A stretch of DNA of 64,000 nt from Acidimicrobiaceae bacterium (lineage in GTDB: Bacteria; Actinomycetota; Acidimicrobiia; Acidimicrobiales; JACDCH01), in the NCBI GenBank assembly GCA_041166745.1, contig JBEEGH010000013.1, forward strand, positions 66,453 to 130,452, written 5' to 3'. The position numbers and the translations under genes were made by a program. Positions 52,171-61,315 of this stretch are shown piece by piece; within the stretch, counting starts at the first letter, position 1; every line of letters starts with the position of its first letter. The notes beneath the pieces are model-generated. The model was not told the DNA's origin. It worked only from the letters and a program-made list of their open reading frames with translations, and did not search any database.

Positions 52171-53448
52171 ATGACGGCACTCCGGCGTGCGACGAGCGAC
52201 ACGTTCAAGTCGCTCCATGTGCGGAACTTCCGTCTCTTCTTCACCGGCCAGCTGATCTCCCAGGTCGGCAACTGGCTGACGCTGGTGGCCCAGACGCTGC
52301 TGGTGCTGAAGCTGACGGACAACGGTGTCGCCCTCGGGGGGCTGGCCGCTGCGCAGTTCGGCCCCGTGCTCCTACTCGGGCCGTGGGCGGGGCTGATCGC
52401 GGACCGGTCCGACAAGCGGCGGCTGCTGCTCACCGTGCAGACCATCGCAATGGCGCAGTCCTTTGTGCTCGCGGCGCTCGCGTTCAGCGGGCATCCACCG
52501 GTGCTCGCCATCTACGCAGTCGCGCTGGTCGGTGGGATGACCATCGCCTTCGACAATCCCGCTCGCCGTTCGTTCGTGGTCGAGATGGTTCCCGCCGACG
52601 ACATGCAGAATGCCGTGAGTCTGAACAGCGCGCTGATGACGTCGTCGCGCGTGGTTGGTCCGGCCCTCGCCGGCCTCCTCGTCAGCACCGTCGGCTTCGG
52701 TTGGTGCTTCCTGCTCGATGGGGTCTCGTACCTTGCAGTGCTCGCCGCGCTCTGGATGATGCGCACCGCAGAGCTACGGCCGGCACCGATCACGTTGCGA
52801 GCCAAGCACCAGGTGCGCGACGGGCTGCGTTACGTGCGCAGCGTGCCCGAGCTGTGGGTACCGCTCACGATGATGGCCGTCGTCGGCACGCTCTCCTACA
52901 ACTTCCAGACCGTGTTCCCGCTGTTCACGACACGGGATCTGCACGGAACGGGAACCACGTTCACGATCCTGTTCTCGGTGGTGAGCGTGGGCGCGCTCGT
53001 CGGTGCACTCGGCACTGCGCGACGACGCACCATCAGCGTTCGCAGCGTCGCGATGGCGTCGCTGTTCTACGGCGCCTCCATGGCGTTGATGGCCGTCGTG
53101 CCGAATCAGGCCACCGCCTTCGTCGTGGGTGTACTGCTCGGCGTGAGCAGCATCGCCTTCCTCACGGCATCCACCGCGATCGTGCAGATCGAGGCCGCAC
53201 CCGAGATGCGCGGACGAGTGCTGGCCCTGCAGGCGATGCTGTTCCTCGGCAGCACGCCGATCGGCGGTCCCATCGTCGGCTGGGTTTCCCAGGCGTTCGG
53301 AGCTCGGTACGCCATCGCGCTCGGCTCGGTCGCGGCGCTCGGCGCCGGTGTCTGGGGGATGCTCGAGGTGCGGCGCCGGCCGAACGCTCAGGGGGCCGTC
53401 GACACCGACGCCGTCGTCGACGCGGAACTGGCGAGCCCCATCCCGTAG
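52171..53448 (+). CDS. MFS transporter (DHA3/EntS-like)
   Basis: 425 aa. N-terminus is LHVRNFRLFFTGQLISQVGNWLTLVAQTLLVL, with about 12 hydrophobic segments. Confidence 0.85.
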   Translation: MTALRRATSDTFKSLHVRNFRLFFTGQLISQVGNWLTLVAQTLLVLKLTDNGVALGGLAAAQFGPVLLLGPWAGLIADRSDKRRLLLTVQTIAMAQSFVLAALAFSGHPPVLAIYAVALVGGMTIAFDNPARRSFVVEMVPADDMQNAVSLNSALMTSSRVVGPALAGLLVSTVGFGWCFLLDGVSYLAVLAALWMMRTAELRPAPITLRAKHQVRDGLRYVRSVPELWVPLTMMAVVGTLSYNFQTVFPLFTTRDLHGTGTTFTILFSVVSVGALVGALGTARRRTISVRSVAMASLFYGASMALMAVVPNQATAFVVGVLLGVSSIAFLTASTAIVQIEAAPEMRGRVLALQAMLFLGSTPIGGPIVGWVSQAFGARYAIALGSVAALGAGVWGMLEVRRRPNAQGAVDTDAVVDAELASPIP

Positions 53449-53472
53449 CGTTCGCGCCAACGCGAACGTCGC

Positions 53473-53700
53473 ATGGAGGTGGTGCCCGTGGCCGTGCATC
53501 GAGTCGAGCTGGCGTTGCCGGCGACCGACATCCAGAACGCCGACGTCACCGTGAGCGTCTGGAGCGACGACGAGTTGCTCGGCGATCTGCTCGTCAGCCG
53601 CGGGACGATCGACTGGCGTCCCGGTCATCACCAGACGATCTTCTCCATGGAGTGGGAACGCTTCGACGAGTTGATGCGCGCCCACGGCCGTCGCTCGTAG
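53473..53700 (+). CDS. Small hypothetical protein
   Basis: 75 aa. The stop TAG overlaps the GTG of the downstream dehydrogenase (TAGTG). Confidence 0.5.
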   Translation: MEVVPVAVHRVELALPATDIQNADVTVSVWSDDELLGDLLVSRGTIDWRPGHHQTIFSMEWERFDELMRAHGRRS

Positions 53701-54749
53701 TGCGGTTGCACCAACTGACGTCTGTCGAAGGGATCATCGCCTTCGACTTCGAGGAACAGGTGGTGCATGCAGGCGGGACGAGGCTGGTGCCCGACCCCCG
53801 TCCAGACGAGGCCGCGCTGCTGGCTCGGGCCATGACGTACAAGTTCGGCGTCTTGCAGTTGCGGCTCGGTGGGGCCAAGGCGGTGGTCCGGGCGACGAGT
53901 GAGCCGCGCGCCGAGTTGTTGGGCCGGTACTGCGACGAGATCCGTCCGCTGGTCGCGGCCCGGCGGTTCCTCACTGGTGCGGACATCGGAACCTCCGACG
54001 CGGACTTCGAGTCGTTGGTGCGTCCCGAGGAACGCAACCACCCGATCCGTTCCGTTGTCGGCGGTGTCCCGTTCGAGGATCTCGTGACCGGTTACGGCGT
54101 GGCAGTGGCGATCGACGAGGCGCTCGGCGGGGTCGACGGTCGGGCGGTCGCCATCGAAGGGTTCGGCAAGGTCGGCGGAGGCATCGCACGGGAGGTCGTG
54201 CGCCGAGGCGGGCGCGTCGTGGCGGTGTCGACCTTGGCCGGTTGCATCGCCGACCGACGCGGCCTGCAGATCGACGCTCTCCTCGCCGAACGTGTCGTGC
54301 ACGGCGATCGATGCATCGAGCACGTCGGCATCGAGGTGCTGTCACCCGCGGCGCTGTTCGTGCACGAGGCCGACGCGTTCGTCCCGGGTGCCCGCATCGG
54401 CGTGCTGGACGAAATCACGGCGGCCGGGCTCAGCGCGACGGCCGTAGTCCCCGCGGCCAACGTCCCGTACACCGCCTCGGGGCTCTCGGTCCTCACGGCG
54501 CGAGGCATCGCCGCCCACGCCGACTTCGTCTGCAACGCCGGCGGCGTCCTCGGCTACGAAGCGGAGCTGTCGGCCACGCCCGACGACGTGCTCCTCAGCG
54601 TGCAGCAGCGGATTCGCGAGCTGGTCGCGACCACCAAGGCGCATCCCGCAGGACCGTTCGCCGGAGCCTGCGAGCTCGCGGAGGCTTTCCTGCGCACCTG
54701 GCGCGATCCCGCCATGGGTGTGCTCGACAGCCGTCCGGTCAGTCAGTGA
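53700..54749 (+). CDS. Glu/Leu/Phe/Val dehydrogenase family protein (short form)
   Basis: In-frame GTG 53700 within ORF 52383..54749. The catalytic-Lys region is LRLGGAKAVV and the Rossmann motif is IEGFGKVGGGIAREV. The upstream 439 codons of the ORF call overlap the MFS gene and are rejected. Confidence 0.75.
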   Translation: MRLHQLTSVEGIIAFDFEEQVVHAGGTRLVPDPRPDEAALLARAMTYKFGVLQLRLGGAKAVVRATSEPRAELLGRYCDEIRPLVAARRFLTGADIGTSDADFESLVRPEERNHPIRSVVGGVPFEDLVTGYGVAVAIDEALGGVDGRAVAIEGFGKVGGGIAREVVRRGGRVVAVSTLAGCIADRRGLQIDALLAERVVHGDRCIEHVGIEVLSPAALFVHEADAFVPGARIGVLDEITAAGLSATAVVPAANVPYTASGLSVLTARGIAAHADFVCNAGGVLGYEAELSATPDDVLLSVQQRIRELVATTKAHPAGPFAGACELAEAFLRTWRDPAMGVLDSRPVSQ

Positions 54750-55410
54750 TGTCTTGCTGCGGCGGATCGAAGAGATGGATCGCGCGTATCGGTTTGGCGC
54801 AGTCACCCGACCAACCGGCCCCGTTGATCTGCGCCTCGCTGCGACGCCCGAAGATGATGCGCAGCAGCTCGTACGCCGTGGTGTCGAGCGTGGCGGCTGG
54901 TTCGCCCTCACCGAGCGAGCGCGGTTCGCCGTCGACGATGACGCTGATCGTCGGCGCGCCTCCTCCGGCGTAGCGAGGGCCGAAGGTGGTCAGCGCAAGC
55001 GACGCGAGCGCGGGCACGTGTTCGTCATCACGCACGCCGGCGCGACCGACGGCCGCGCGGATGTCCTGCTCGTGCGTCCACACGTCGAAGACAAGGAACG
55101 CGAGTGCCTCGCCCCCGGCCTCCAGCCGAGCATCGAGCTCGGGCCCGCGGCTGGCCCACTCCTCACAGACGTCGTCGATGGTGCCGGTCGCCCGGGCGGC
55201 GAGCTGCGCCGCGGTCCAGTCGGGCGTGCCCGCGCCTTCCAAACGGCCGTCGAGGAAGTCGGCGCACACTCCCGCGAGGTGCCGGTAGCCATCGAGCACG
55301 GTCCACGGTGGAGTGGCAGCCAGTGGCGCATCGAGTTGTTCGCCGGACAACGAAGGTGCAATGCCGAGCAGCCGAGCTCGGCACGCGGCGTAGATCTCGG
55401 CCGGTTCCAT
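54739..55410 (-). CDS. Maleylpyruvate isomerase family mycothiol-dependent enzyme (DinB-like)
   Basis: 223 aa. The N-terminal DinB-like region is WTVLDGYRHLAGVCADF, with a C-terminal MDMPI-like region. Confidence 0.65.
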   Translation of the reverse strand: MEPAEIYAACRARLLGIAPSLSGEQLDAPLAATPPWTVLDGYRHLAGVCADFLDGRLEGAGTPDWTAAQLAARATGTIDDVCEEWASRGPELDARLEAGGEALAFLVFDVWTHEQDIRAAVGRAGVRDDEHVPALASLALTTFGPRYAGGGAPTISVIVDGEPRSLGEGEPAATLDTTAYELLRIIFGRRSEAQINGAGWSGDCAKPIRAIHLFDPPQQDITD

Positions 55411-55411
55411 G

Positions 55412-55996
55412 TCAGTCCGCCTTCGTCTTGCCCTGCTTCTTCATCGCTTGTTTCCACTCGCGGACGCGAGCGAGCGTCTCGGCGGAGTCGATGTCGGCGA
55501 CGGATCGCGGTGTGTCGTCGGCGAACGGTCCTGCGGCTTGCTCCCAGCCCGGCGGGCGAACGCCGAGGCGCTTGGCGAGCAGCGCGATGAAGATGCGCGT
55601 CTTGTCAGGACCGAAGCCGGGCAACGCGAGGAGCCGTTGGTGCAGGTCCTCGCCGTCCTTTGCTTCAGACCAGATTCGGCTCGCATCGCCGCCGTACTCG
55701 TCGACGATGCGCTGCACGAGTGCCTGCACGCGCTTGCCCATCGAACCGGGGAAGCGGTGGAGCGCAGGCGGTCCCTTGAAAAGCGCGATGAACTCGTCGG
55801 GATCCATCCGCGCGATCACGTTGGCATCGAGTTGGCCGCCGAGTCGCTCCTTCAGTCGATGAGGGGCGATGAACGCCCACTCCATCGGAACCTGCTGGTC
55901 GAGCAGCATTCCGACCAGGAGCGCGAGTGGGTCTTCCTCGAGGAGGCGATCTGCGTCGGGGTCGCCGGTGATCGGGATCTTGGCGGTGGTTGCCAT
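55412..55996 (-). CDS. HhH-GPD-type base excision DNA repair protein
   Basis: 194 aa. Pattern: LLVGMLLDQQVPMEWAF...LLALPGFGPDKTRIFIALL. Confidence 0.8.
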   Translation of the reverse strand: MATTAKIPITGDPDADRLLEEDPLALLVGMLLDQQVPMEWAFIAPHRLKERLGGQLDANVIARMDPDEFIALFKGPPALHRFPGSMGKRVQALVQRIVDEYGGDASRIWSEAKDGEDLHQRLLALPGFGPDKTRIFIALLAKRLGVRPPGWEQAAGPFADDTPRSVADIDSAETLARVREWKQAMKKQGKTKAD

Positions 55997-56118
55997 CGGG
56001 CGTCATCCTGTCGCGAAGATCGCGTGATGGGCGAGTCGGCGATGGCGACCTTCCGTTGCCGACCGTAGGGATGTCGTTCAGCTGGCGATCGCGCGCCGGC
56101 CTCGAGACCAGGCTGGAT

Positions 56119-56817
56119 TCACGCCTTGCGGAGCCACACGCGTAGCGGACCCGCGGTTGCGAAGCCGTGGGCACGCGCGGCATCAAGCGCGCTTCCCGAC
56201 GCGTAGCCGACCAGGGGCGAGGCAGGGAAGAGTGCGCCAGCCAGCGCGAGGCAGCCACCCCAGCTGCTCGGGCCGGCGCCGGAGTTCGAGAAGAAGTTGG
56301 AGATGCCGACGGCGTCTCGGCTGCGATTGAGCACCGCTCCGGCCACGATGCCAGCACTGCTTCGAGCTCCGATCACGACCACTGTGTCGTCGTCGAGAAG
56401 CTCGGCACGGAAGATTCCGGAAGCACCGTCGTGACCGCGCCACGCCTGCTCCCAGGCCTCGAGGCCGGCCGCGTTTCGCACGACCTCCCATCGCGGGCTG
56501 GTCTCAGGGGCTTCGATTTCGCCGCTTGTGCGGACGATCCATTCGGCGTCGAAGAGCACCTCGAACCCGTGCGCGGCGAGGTCGAGCGCCGCGTAGCTGT
56601 CTTTGATCGAACACCCCGCCGAGGAATCGATCCGAGCGAGCAGCTCCGGAATCGCGACGTCGGGTGCCAACGTGACCGCGTCGGGATAGTACGGCGGTGT
56701 ACGCGTGCGACTCGTCCACGCGACTTCGTCCACTGTGGTCTGCGCGCCGTGCGTCAGACAGACGGCGTTGCACCACTCGGCGTTGTTCAGGGCCGCGATG
56801 GACCGCCACGGAGGCAC
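56119..56817 (-). CDS. Hypothetical protein (possibly GNAT-fold)
   Basis: 232 aa with good codon bias. I recognise no diagnostic motif with confidence. Confidence 0.5.
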   Translation of the reverse strand: MPPWRSIAALNNAEWCNAVCLTHGAQTTVDEVAWTSRTRTPPYYPDAVTLAPDVAIPELLARIDSSAGCSIKDSYAALDLAAHGFEVLFDAEWIVRTSGEIEAPETSPRWEVVRNAAGLEAWEQAWRGHDGASGIFRAELLDDDTVVVIGARSSAGIVAGAVLNRSRDAVGISNFFSNSGAGPSSWGGCLALAGALFPASPLVGYASGSALDAARAHGFATAGPLRVWLRKA

Positions 56818-56833
56818 TGTGGTCAGTGTGTCA

Positions 56834-57964
56834 CTACGTCTTCGCCAGGGTCACCGAACCGGCGGAGGTGCGAAACTCAATCGTTCCCTCGCTGCCATCA
56901 CCGAGCGTCCCCTGGATGCGCCCTCGTTGGGTGTCGAGATCGGCGAAGTCGCAACTCGCGCTACTGCCCTTGCCATCGATGCGGACCTGACTGTCCGAGG
57001 GGATCGCCACCGTCACCGATCCGCCGGCAGTGCGCATCTGACTGTGGCCGACGAGTCGACCGCGGACGTAAATCGAGCCGCCGGACGTCGATGCCACGAC
57101 CGTCGCGCGATCGGCCCCCTCGATGTGGACCGAACCGCCCGCCGTCTTCGCTTCTACCGTGCCGGTGAGCACGCCGGCCAGGTGCACCGATCCGCCGCTC
57201 GTGCTGGCGTGTACAGGACCGCTGTGGTCGTCGACTCGGATACTGCCGCCCGCGGTACGCGCATCGACTTCGCCGTGCGCGCCGACAACCTTGATCGATC
57301 CGCCCTTGGTGCTGACCGTTGCTGGTCCGTGCGTCTGCTTCACGCTGATCGAACCACCAAGGGTGTTGGCGCGCACCGCGGTACCGGAGGGGACGGTCAC
57401 GATCACACGCGCCCGTCGCCCGTGCCGGTGATCGGGCCAGTCGCACCGGACGAAGACCTGCGAGTCCTTCAGTTCGGCAGTCACGATCATCTCTTCGATC
57501 AGATGAGCTGATGGGGCGAACAACTCGGCTTCCACCTTGACGACGTTGGTGTCGCCGGGCCTCACCTTGATGGCCCCCGCACGGTTGTCGATCACGACTG
57601 GCGTGGCCCCGTCGACGGCGACGGTCTGCTCGATCGTCTCGCTCGCCCGCCACGGCCAACCGGCGCTTCCCAGAGCGCTGATGCGCTCGGTCACATCGGA
57701 CACCAAGTCGAACACCGTCTCGGCCCATTGCGGGCGCTCGGAGCTCTCGTCGGTTTCGGTGGTCGGAGCTTCGCCGCGATCTCGAAGCTCGTCGTCGAGG
57801 CGCCGCTGCTCCGCGTCGAGTTGTGCGAGCTCGGCATCCAATCGATCGAGCTCCTCACGCAACGCTTCGGTGTCGCTCGAGTCCTCCGCGATGCGCTGCG
57901 CGCGTTCAGCGAGCTCGCGAGCGCGGCGCGCCATGTCGTCAGCTTCGGTCATGTGTCCTCCCAC
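56834..57964 (-). CDS. DUF4097 (putative adhesin/beta-helix repeat) protein with an N-terminal coiled coil
   Basis: 376 aa. The start is ambiguous (57964, 57952 or 57934). It carries repeated T/K-x-GGS-[IV]-x-V units (e.g. NTLGGSISVKQ, STKGGSIKVVG, RTAGGSIRVDD, STSGGSVHLAG, KTAGGSVHIEG, STSGGSIYVRG, RTAGGSVTVAI, RTSAGSVTLAK). Confidence 0.75.
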   Translation of the reverse strand: MGGHMTEADDMARRARELAERAQRIAEDSSDTEALREELDRLDAELAQLDAEQRRLDDELRDRGEAPTTETDESSERPQWAETVFDLVSDVTERISALGSAGWPWRASETIEQTVAVDGATPVVIDNRAGAIKVRPGDTNVVKVEAELFAPSAHLIEEMIVTAELKDSQVFVRCDWPDHRHGRRARVIVTVPSGTAVRANTLGGSISVKQTHGPATVSTKGGSIKVVGAHGEVDARTAGGSIRVDDHSGPVHASTSGGSVHLAGVLTGTVEAKTAGGSVHIEGADRATVVASTSGGSIYVRGRLVGHSQMRTAGGSVTVAIPSDSQVRIDGKGSSASCDFADLDTQRGRIQGTLGDGSEGTIEFRTSAGSVTLAKT

Positions 57965-58250
57965 GTCGTTTGGCCGCTCGGGCCCGCTGTTCTTCGAGAT
58001 GTCGGCGGTCCGCCTCGATGGCGGCAGCGATGCCAGGACGGAGCCGTTCCCATGCGGCTTGTCGGCTCGTGCCCAACGCCTGCCCGATGGTGGTCCAGGA
58101 CGCGCCAGTTGCGAGCGCGTCGCGAGCCAGGCTTGCTTCCCATCGAGTGAGTGCCTCCCGGAACGCCGCCATACCGGTCAGCGCGGTGAGGGAATCGTCG
58201 GCGCCGGTCACGTTCGCCCATGCCTCGACGAGGTCGCTGGGCAGCTCCAC
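57939..58250 (-). CDS. Small helix-turn-helix protein
   Basis: 103 aa. The HTH-like segment is ASWTTIGQALGTSRQAAWERL, followed by a basic tail. Confidence 0.6.
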   Translation of the reverse strand: MELPSDLVEAWANVTGADDSLTALTGMAAFREALTRWEASLARDALATGASWTTIGQALGTSRQAAWERLRPGIAAAIEADRRHLEEQRARAAKRRGRTHDRS

Positions 58251-58272
58251 GCGTCAAGTATCTCCTGACGGT

Positions 58273-58953
58273 TCAGCCACTGTCAAGAGATGCTTGACAC
58301 AGCGCAACCCAATGGAACCCGCCGGGCGGGTGTTGGTCGACATCGGTGAGCGACAGCAGCTCGAAGCCGGCGTCCGCGAGCAACGCGGTCAAGTGCTCGG
58401 CATCGACGTAGAAGTGCGGATGGTCCTTGTCGCCCTTGCTGCGGTCATCGACGAACGTGTCCGGGCGAACTTCACGGCCAACGCCGAACGCGAGGTGACG
58501 CTTCGTCAACATCGTCAGCTGGAACGTTCCGCCCGTTCGCAGAACGCGCCGGCACTCCTGGAAGGCTGATCGCACGATCTCGCGGTCTCCGTGGTACAGC
58601 ACGTTCCACGCCAAAACGTGATCGACGCTCTCGTCTTCGATGGGAAGCGCGGTAAACGGCGCGACGTGACGATCGATCGTGAGACGCTCGGCCTCGGCCA
58701 GGCGCTGAAGCTCGTCCAAGCCCGTCTGGCTCGCATCGATGGCGACGACGTCGAAGCCGGCGCGGGCGTAGGCCAGCGCGTGGCGACCGATTCCGGCGCC
58801 AACATCGACGACTCGCCGTGCGTGTCGCGCTCGGAGCAGCGGAACGTGTTCGAGGACCGCAGGGTCCGGGTCGCTCCAGTACGAGCGCTCCTTCGCTTGT
58901 CCCCACCACTGATCCCAGCGCTCGTGGGCAGTGTCGAGCCGCTCGTCGGTCAT
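58273..58953 (-). CDS. Class I SAM-dependent methyltransferase
   Basis: 226 aa. Motif I is VVDVGAGIGRHALAYARAGFDVVAIDAS. Confidence 0.85.
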   Translation of the reverse strand: MTDERLDTAHERWDQWWGQAKERSYWSDPDPAVLEHVPLLRARHARRVVDVGAGIGRHALAYARAGFDVVAIDASQTGLDELQRLAEAERLTIDRHVAPFTALPIEDESVDHVLAWNVLYHGDREIVRSAFQECRRVLRTGGTFQLTMLTKRHLAFGVGREVRPDTFVDDRSKGDKDHPHFYVDAEHLTALLADAGFELLSLTDVDQHPPGGFHWVALCQASLDSG

Positions 58954-59480
58954 CGCGAGCTGCCTGCGGTGAGGTCGACGAGCCTCGTGACGGTCTTCCA
59001 GTTGCGGACGGTCGTCGGGATCTTGAGTTGGCGGTCGAGATACGGGGCCAGCTTCGTCCGACCCATCCCGTTTGGCAGGTGCAAGTAGAGATGGCTGCCG
59101 CGCACGGCGAATTCCTCGGGCTGGAAGCGGTCAGCGTCGAGCTTGGCCACAGCGCCGGTTGACGGCTTCGAGGCCATGAACCCGACGTGCACCTTCGACG
59201 GGTCGACACCCGTGAACGGATTGGCCTTCACCACTGACCTCAGTTCCGCCGCGGTGCGCAGGACGACGGCGATGTCGATGCCGAACTCTTTTTCGATCGC
59301 CGCTTCCAGACGCTTCGCTGTGACCGCCCGCTGAGAGGTGAAGATGAGGTTGCCGCTCTGGATGAGTGTGCTGACGTCGGTATGGCCGAGCGACTCGACG
59401 AGCGCTCGCAAGTCGGCCATGGCCAATTTGTTCTTGCCTCCGACGTTGACACCGCGAAGCAATCCGACATACCTCGGCAC
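58950..59480 (-). CDS. DUF1697 domain-containing protein
   Basis: 176 aa. The N-terminus is MPRYVGLLRGVNVGGKNKLAMADLRALVESLG. Confidence 0.8.
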   Translation of the reverse strand: MPRYVGLLRGVNVGGKNKLAMADLRALVESLGHTDVSTLIQSGNLIFTSQRAVTAKRLEAAIEKEFGIDIAVVLRTAAELRSVVKANPFTGVDPSKVHVGFMASKPSTGAVAKLDADRFQPEEFAVRGSHLYLHLPNGMGRTKLAPYLDRQLKIPTTVRNWKTVTRLVDLTAGSSR

Positions 59481-59533
59481 GACTACAGCCTCTCATTCGC
59501 AGCGCGGGCCGGCTTCGCCGTGATGTCCGTAGT

Positions 59534-59998
59534 GTGGCCCTTGTGGATTCGGACGACGACGTCAATGCGTGGCATCGGACGTTCGCCGGAGCCGCGTTCA
59601 ACCGTTCATGGGATCTGATCGACAAGCCAGATCGCTCGCGGGCGGAGGACGCAGAGCTGCTGTCAGCGGTCTTCGCCTCCCGATTCCATTGGGAGCCCAT
59701 CGGCAACGACGAGAACAAAGCCATCGGCGATTGGCAGATCGCCCACGCCGCCAGCCATCTCCGTCTTGCCGAAATCGCGATGACCTTTGCCACGTCGGCA
59801 CTCGAACGCACGCAGGCCGCCGGTCGCCACGACTGGTTGCTGGCCTCTTGCTATGAGGGTGTGGCTCGTGCGCACGCCATAGGTGGCAACACCGCAGCAC
59901 GCGATCGCTACGTGCAGCTGGCGCGAGCCGCGCTCGAGAACGTCGAAGATCCTGAGGACCGCGAACTGGTCGAATCGCAGCTCAGCACCATTCCGTGA
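59534..59998 (+). CDS. Hypothetical protein (helical)
   Basis: 154 aa with good codon bias and a 4-nt overlap with the downstream PAP2 gene. Confidence 0.55.
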   Translation: MALVDSDDDVNAWHRTFAGAAFNRSWDLIDKPDRSRAEDAELLSAVFASRFHWEPIGNDENKAIGDWQIAHAASHLRLAEIAMTFATSALERTQAAGRHDWLLASCYEGVARAHAIGGNTAARDRYVQLARAALENVEDPEDRELVESQLSTIP

Positions 59999-60699
59999 CA
60001 CTGCCTCTCGTTTCCATGACTTCGACGCGTCGGGAGCAGGTCATCGGCGCGTTGGTCGCGCTCGTGGGTTTCACGGTCGTCGTGCAGCAGGTGATGACGA
60101 ACGGTCGTCTCGTCGACCTCGACCGTCGCCTCGCCGACCACTACAGCGACCATCGGCTCGGCAAGGTGCATTCCATCGAGCGCCTCATCGGTGACGGGCT
60201 GTCACAACAGGTCGGCCGCGTCATGTCGTTGTTCGGCGATGCTCGGCTGTTGCTGGTGGCGGTGATCGTCCTGGCCTTTCTGCTCTACCACCGGGGCCGC
60301 CGTCGCGATTCGCTGTTCCTCACGACCGCGTTGGTCGGTGGGATCCTGCTCGACCTCGTCGTTCGCGTCGTGATCGGACACCTCCGGCCCGACCTGCCGT
60401 TCCCGTACTTCCTCATCAGCCGCTTCGGATTGCCCTCCGGCCATGCCCTCGACGCCACCGCGTTCTACGGCGCTCTCCTCGTCATCGCGTGGCCGAGTCT
60501 CACGCGCTTGCAGCGCCTCGTCGCGACGACGGCGACGACCGTCTTCGTTGCGGGGATCGCCTACTCCCGAGTCGTGGTGCTGGCCCACTACTTGTCGGAT
60601 GTGCTCGCGGGCGTGACCCTCGGCGTTGCCTGGCTGCTGCTGGTGTCCGCGGCGTTTAGCCTCCCGCGCCATGACGACCGACTTCCGTCAGCTGCATGA
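59995..60699 (+). CDS. PAP2 superfamily phosphatase
   Basis: 234 aa. The three PAP2 motifs are GHLRPDLPF, LPSGHA and SRVVVLAHYLSDV. Confidence 0.85.
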   Translation: MTLPLVSMTSTRREQVIGALVALVGFTVVVQQVMTNGRLVDLDRRLADHYSDHRLGKVHSIERLIGDGLSQQVGRVMSLFGDARLLLVAVIVLAFLLYHRGRRRDSLFLTTALVGGILLDLVVRVVIGHLRPDLPFPYFLISRFGLPSGHALDATAFYGALLVIAWPSLTRLQRLVATTATTVFVAGIAYSRVVVLAHYLSDVLAGVTLGVAWLLLVSAAFSLPRHDDRLPSAA

Positions 60700-61311
60700 C
60701 GAGGAGAACGCCGACTTCTCGGCGTTCCTGCATTCACTCGCGCCGGAGGACTGGGAGCGTCCATCGCTGTGCGAGGGTTGGCGCGTCCGTGACGTCGTCG
60801 GACACATCCTGTACGGCAACGGGCTGAAGCTCAGGACGCTGCCCTGGAAGTTGGGCCGGTTCGGCTTCAACTCCGATCGGTCGGGGAGCTACTACTCGAT
60901 CAAGCGGGCCGAAGGCCGCAGCCCCGAGCAGCTGTTGAGCGAGTTCGACAATCGCAACCCATGGGCCGGGACGTCGAGTGTCTTCCCGGACCGGCTGAAC
61001 CTGATGGATCGCCTCGTGCACCACCAGGACATTCGCCGTTCCCTCGACCGTCCACGCGCGGTGCCGATCGAGCGCACGGCGCCGCTGTTGCCCTTCCTAC
61101 CGAAGCTGGGTCAGGTGTTCCGGTCGAAGAAACGCATGCGCGGCTTGCGCTTCGAGGCGACCGATACCGAGTGGTCGTGGGGTGACGCGCCTGCGCCGCT
61201 CGTGCGCGGTCCGGCCGAGGCCATCCTCATGAGCACCCTCGGCCGCGGCCAAGCCCTCGTCGACTGCGACGGCGACGGCGTGCCCGTGCTGCGTGAGCGA
61301 ACGAGAACTCG

Positions 61312-61315
<4 letters not shown>
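60671..61315 (+). CDS. Maleylpyruvate isomerase family mycothiol-dependent enzyme (DinB-like), second copy
   Basis: ATG 60671 gives [46 protein letters not shown]. Confidence 0.7.

Noticed and set aside
52383-53699. First 439 codons of the 788-aa plus-strand ORF 52383..54749
   Set aside because: This part overlaps the MFS transporter in another frame and is R/A/G-rich noise. The recognisable dehydrogenase begins at GTG 53700.
56834-57500. Periodic repeats in DNA that might suggest a repeat array
   Set aside because: They encode the GGS-[IV]-x-V protein repeats of the DUF4097 beta-helix, with degenerate nucleotide identity and no spacers. This is not a CRISPR array.
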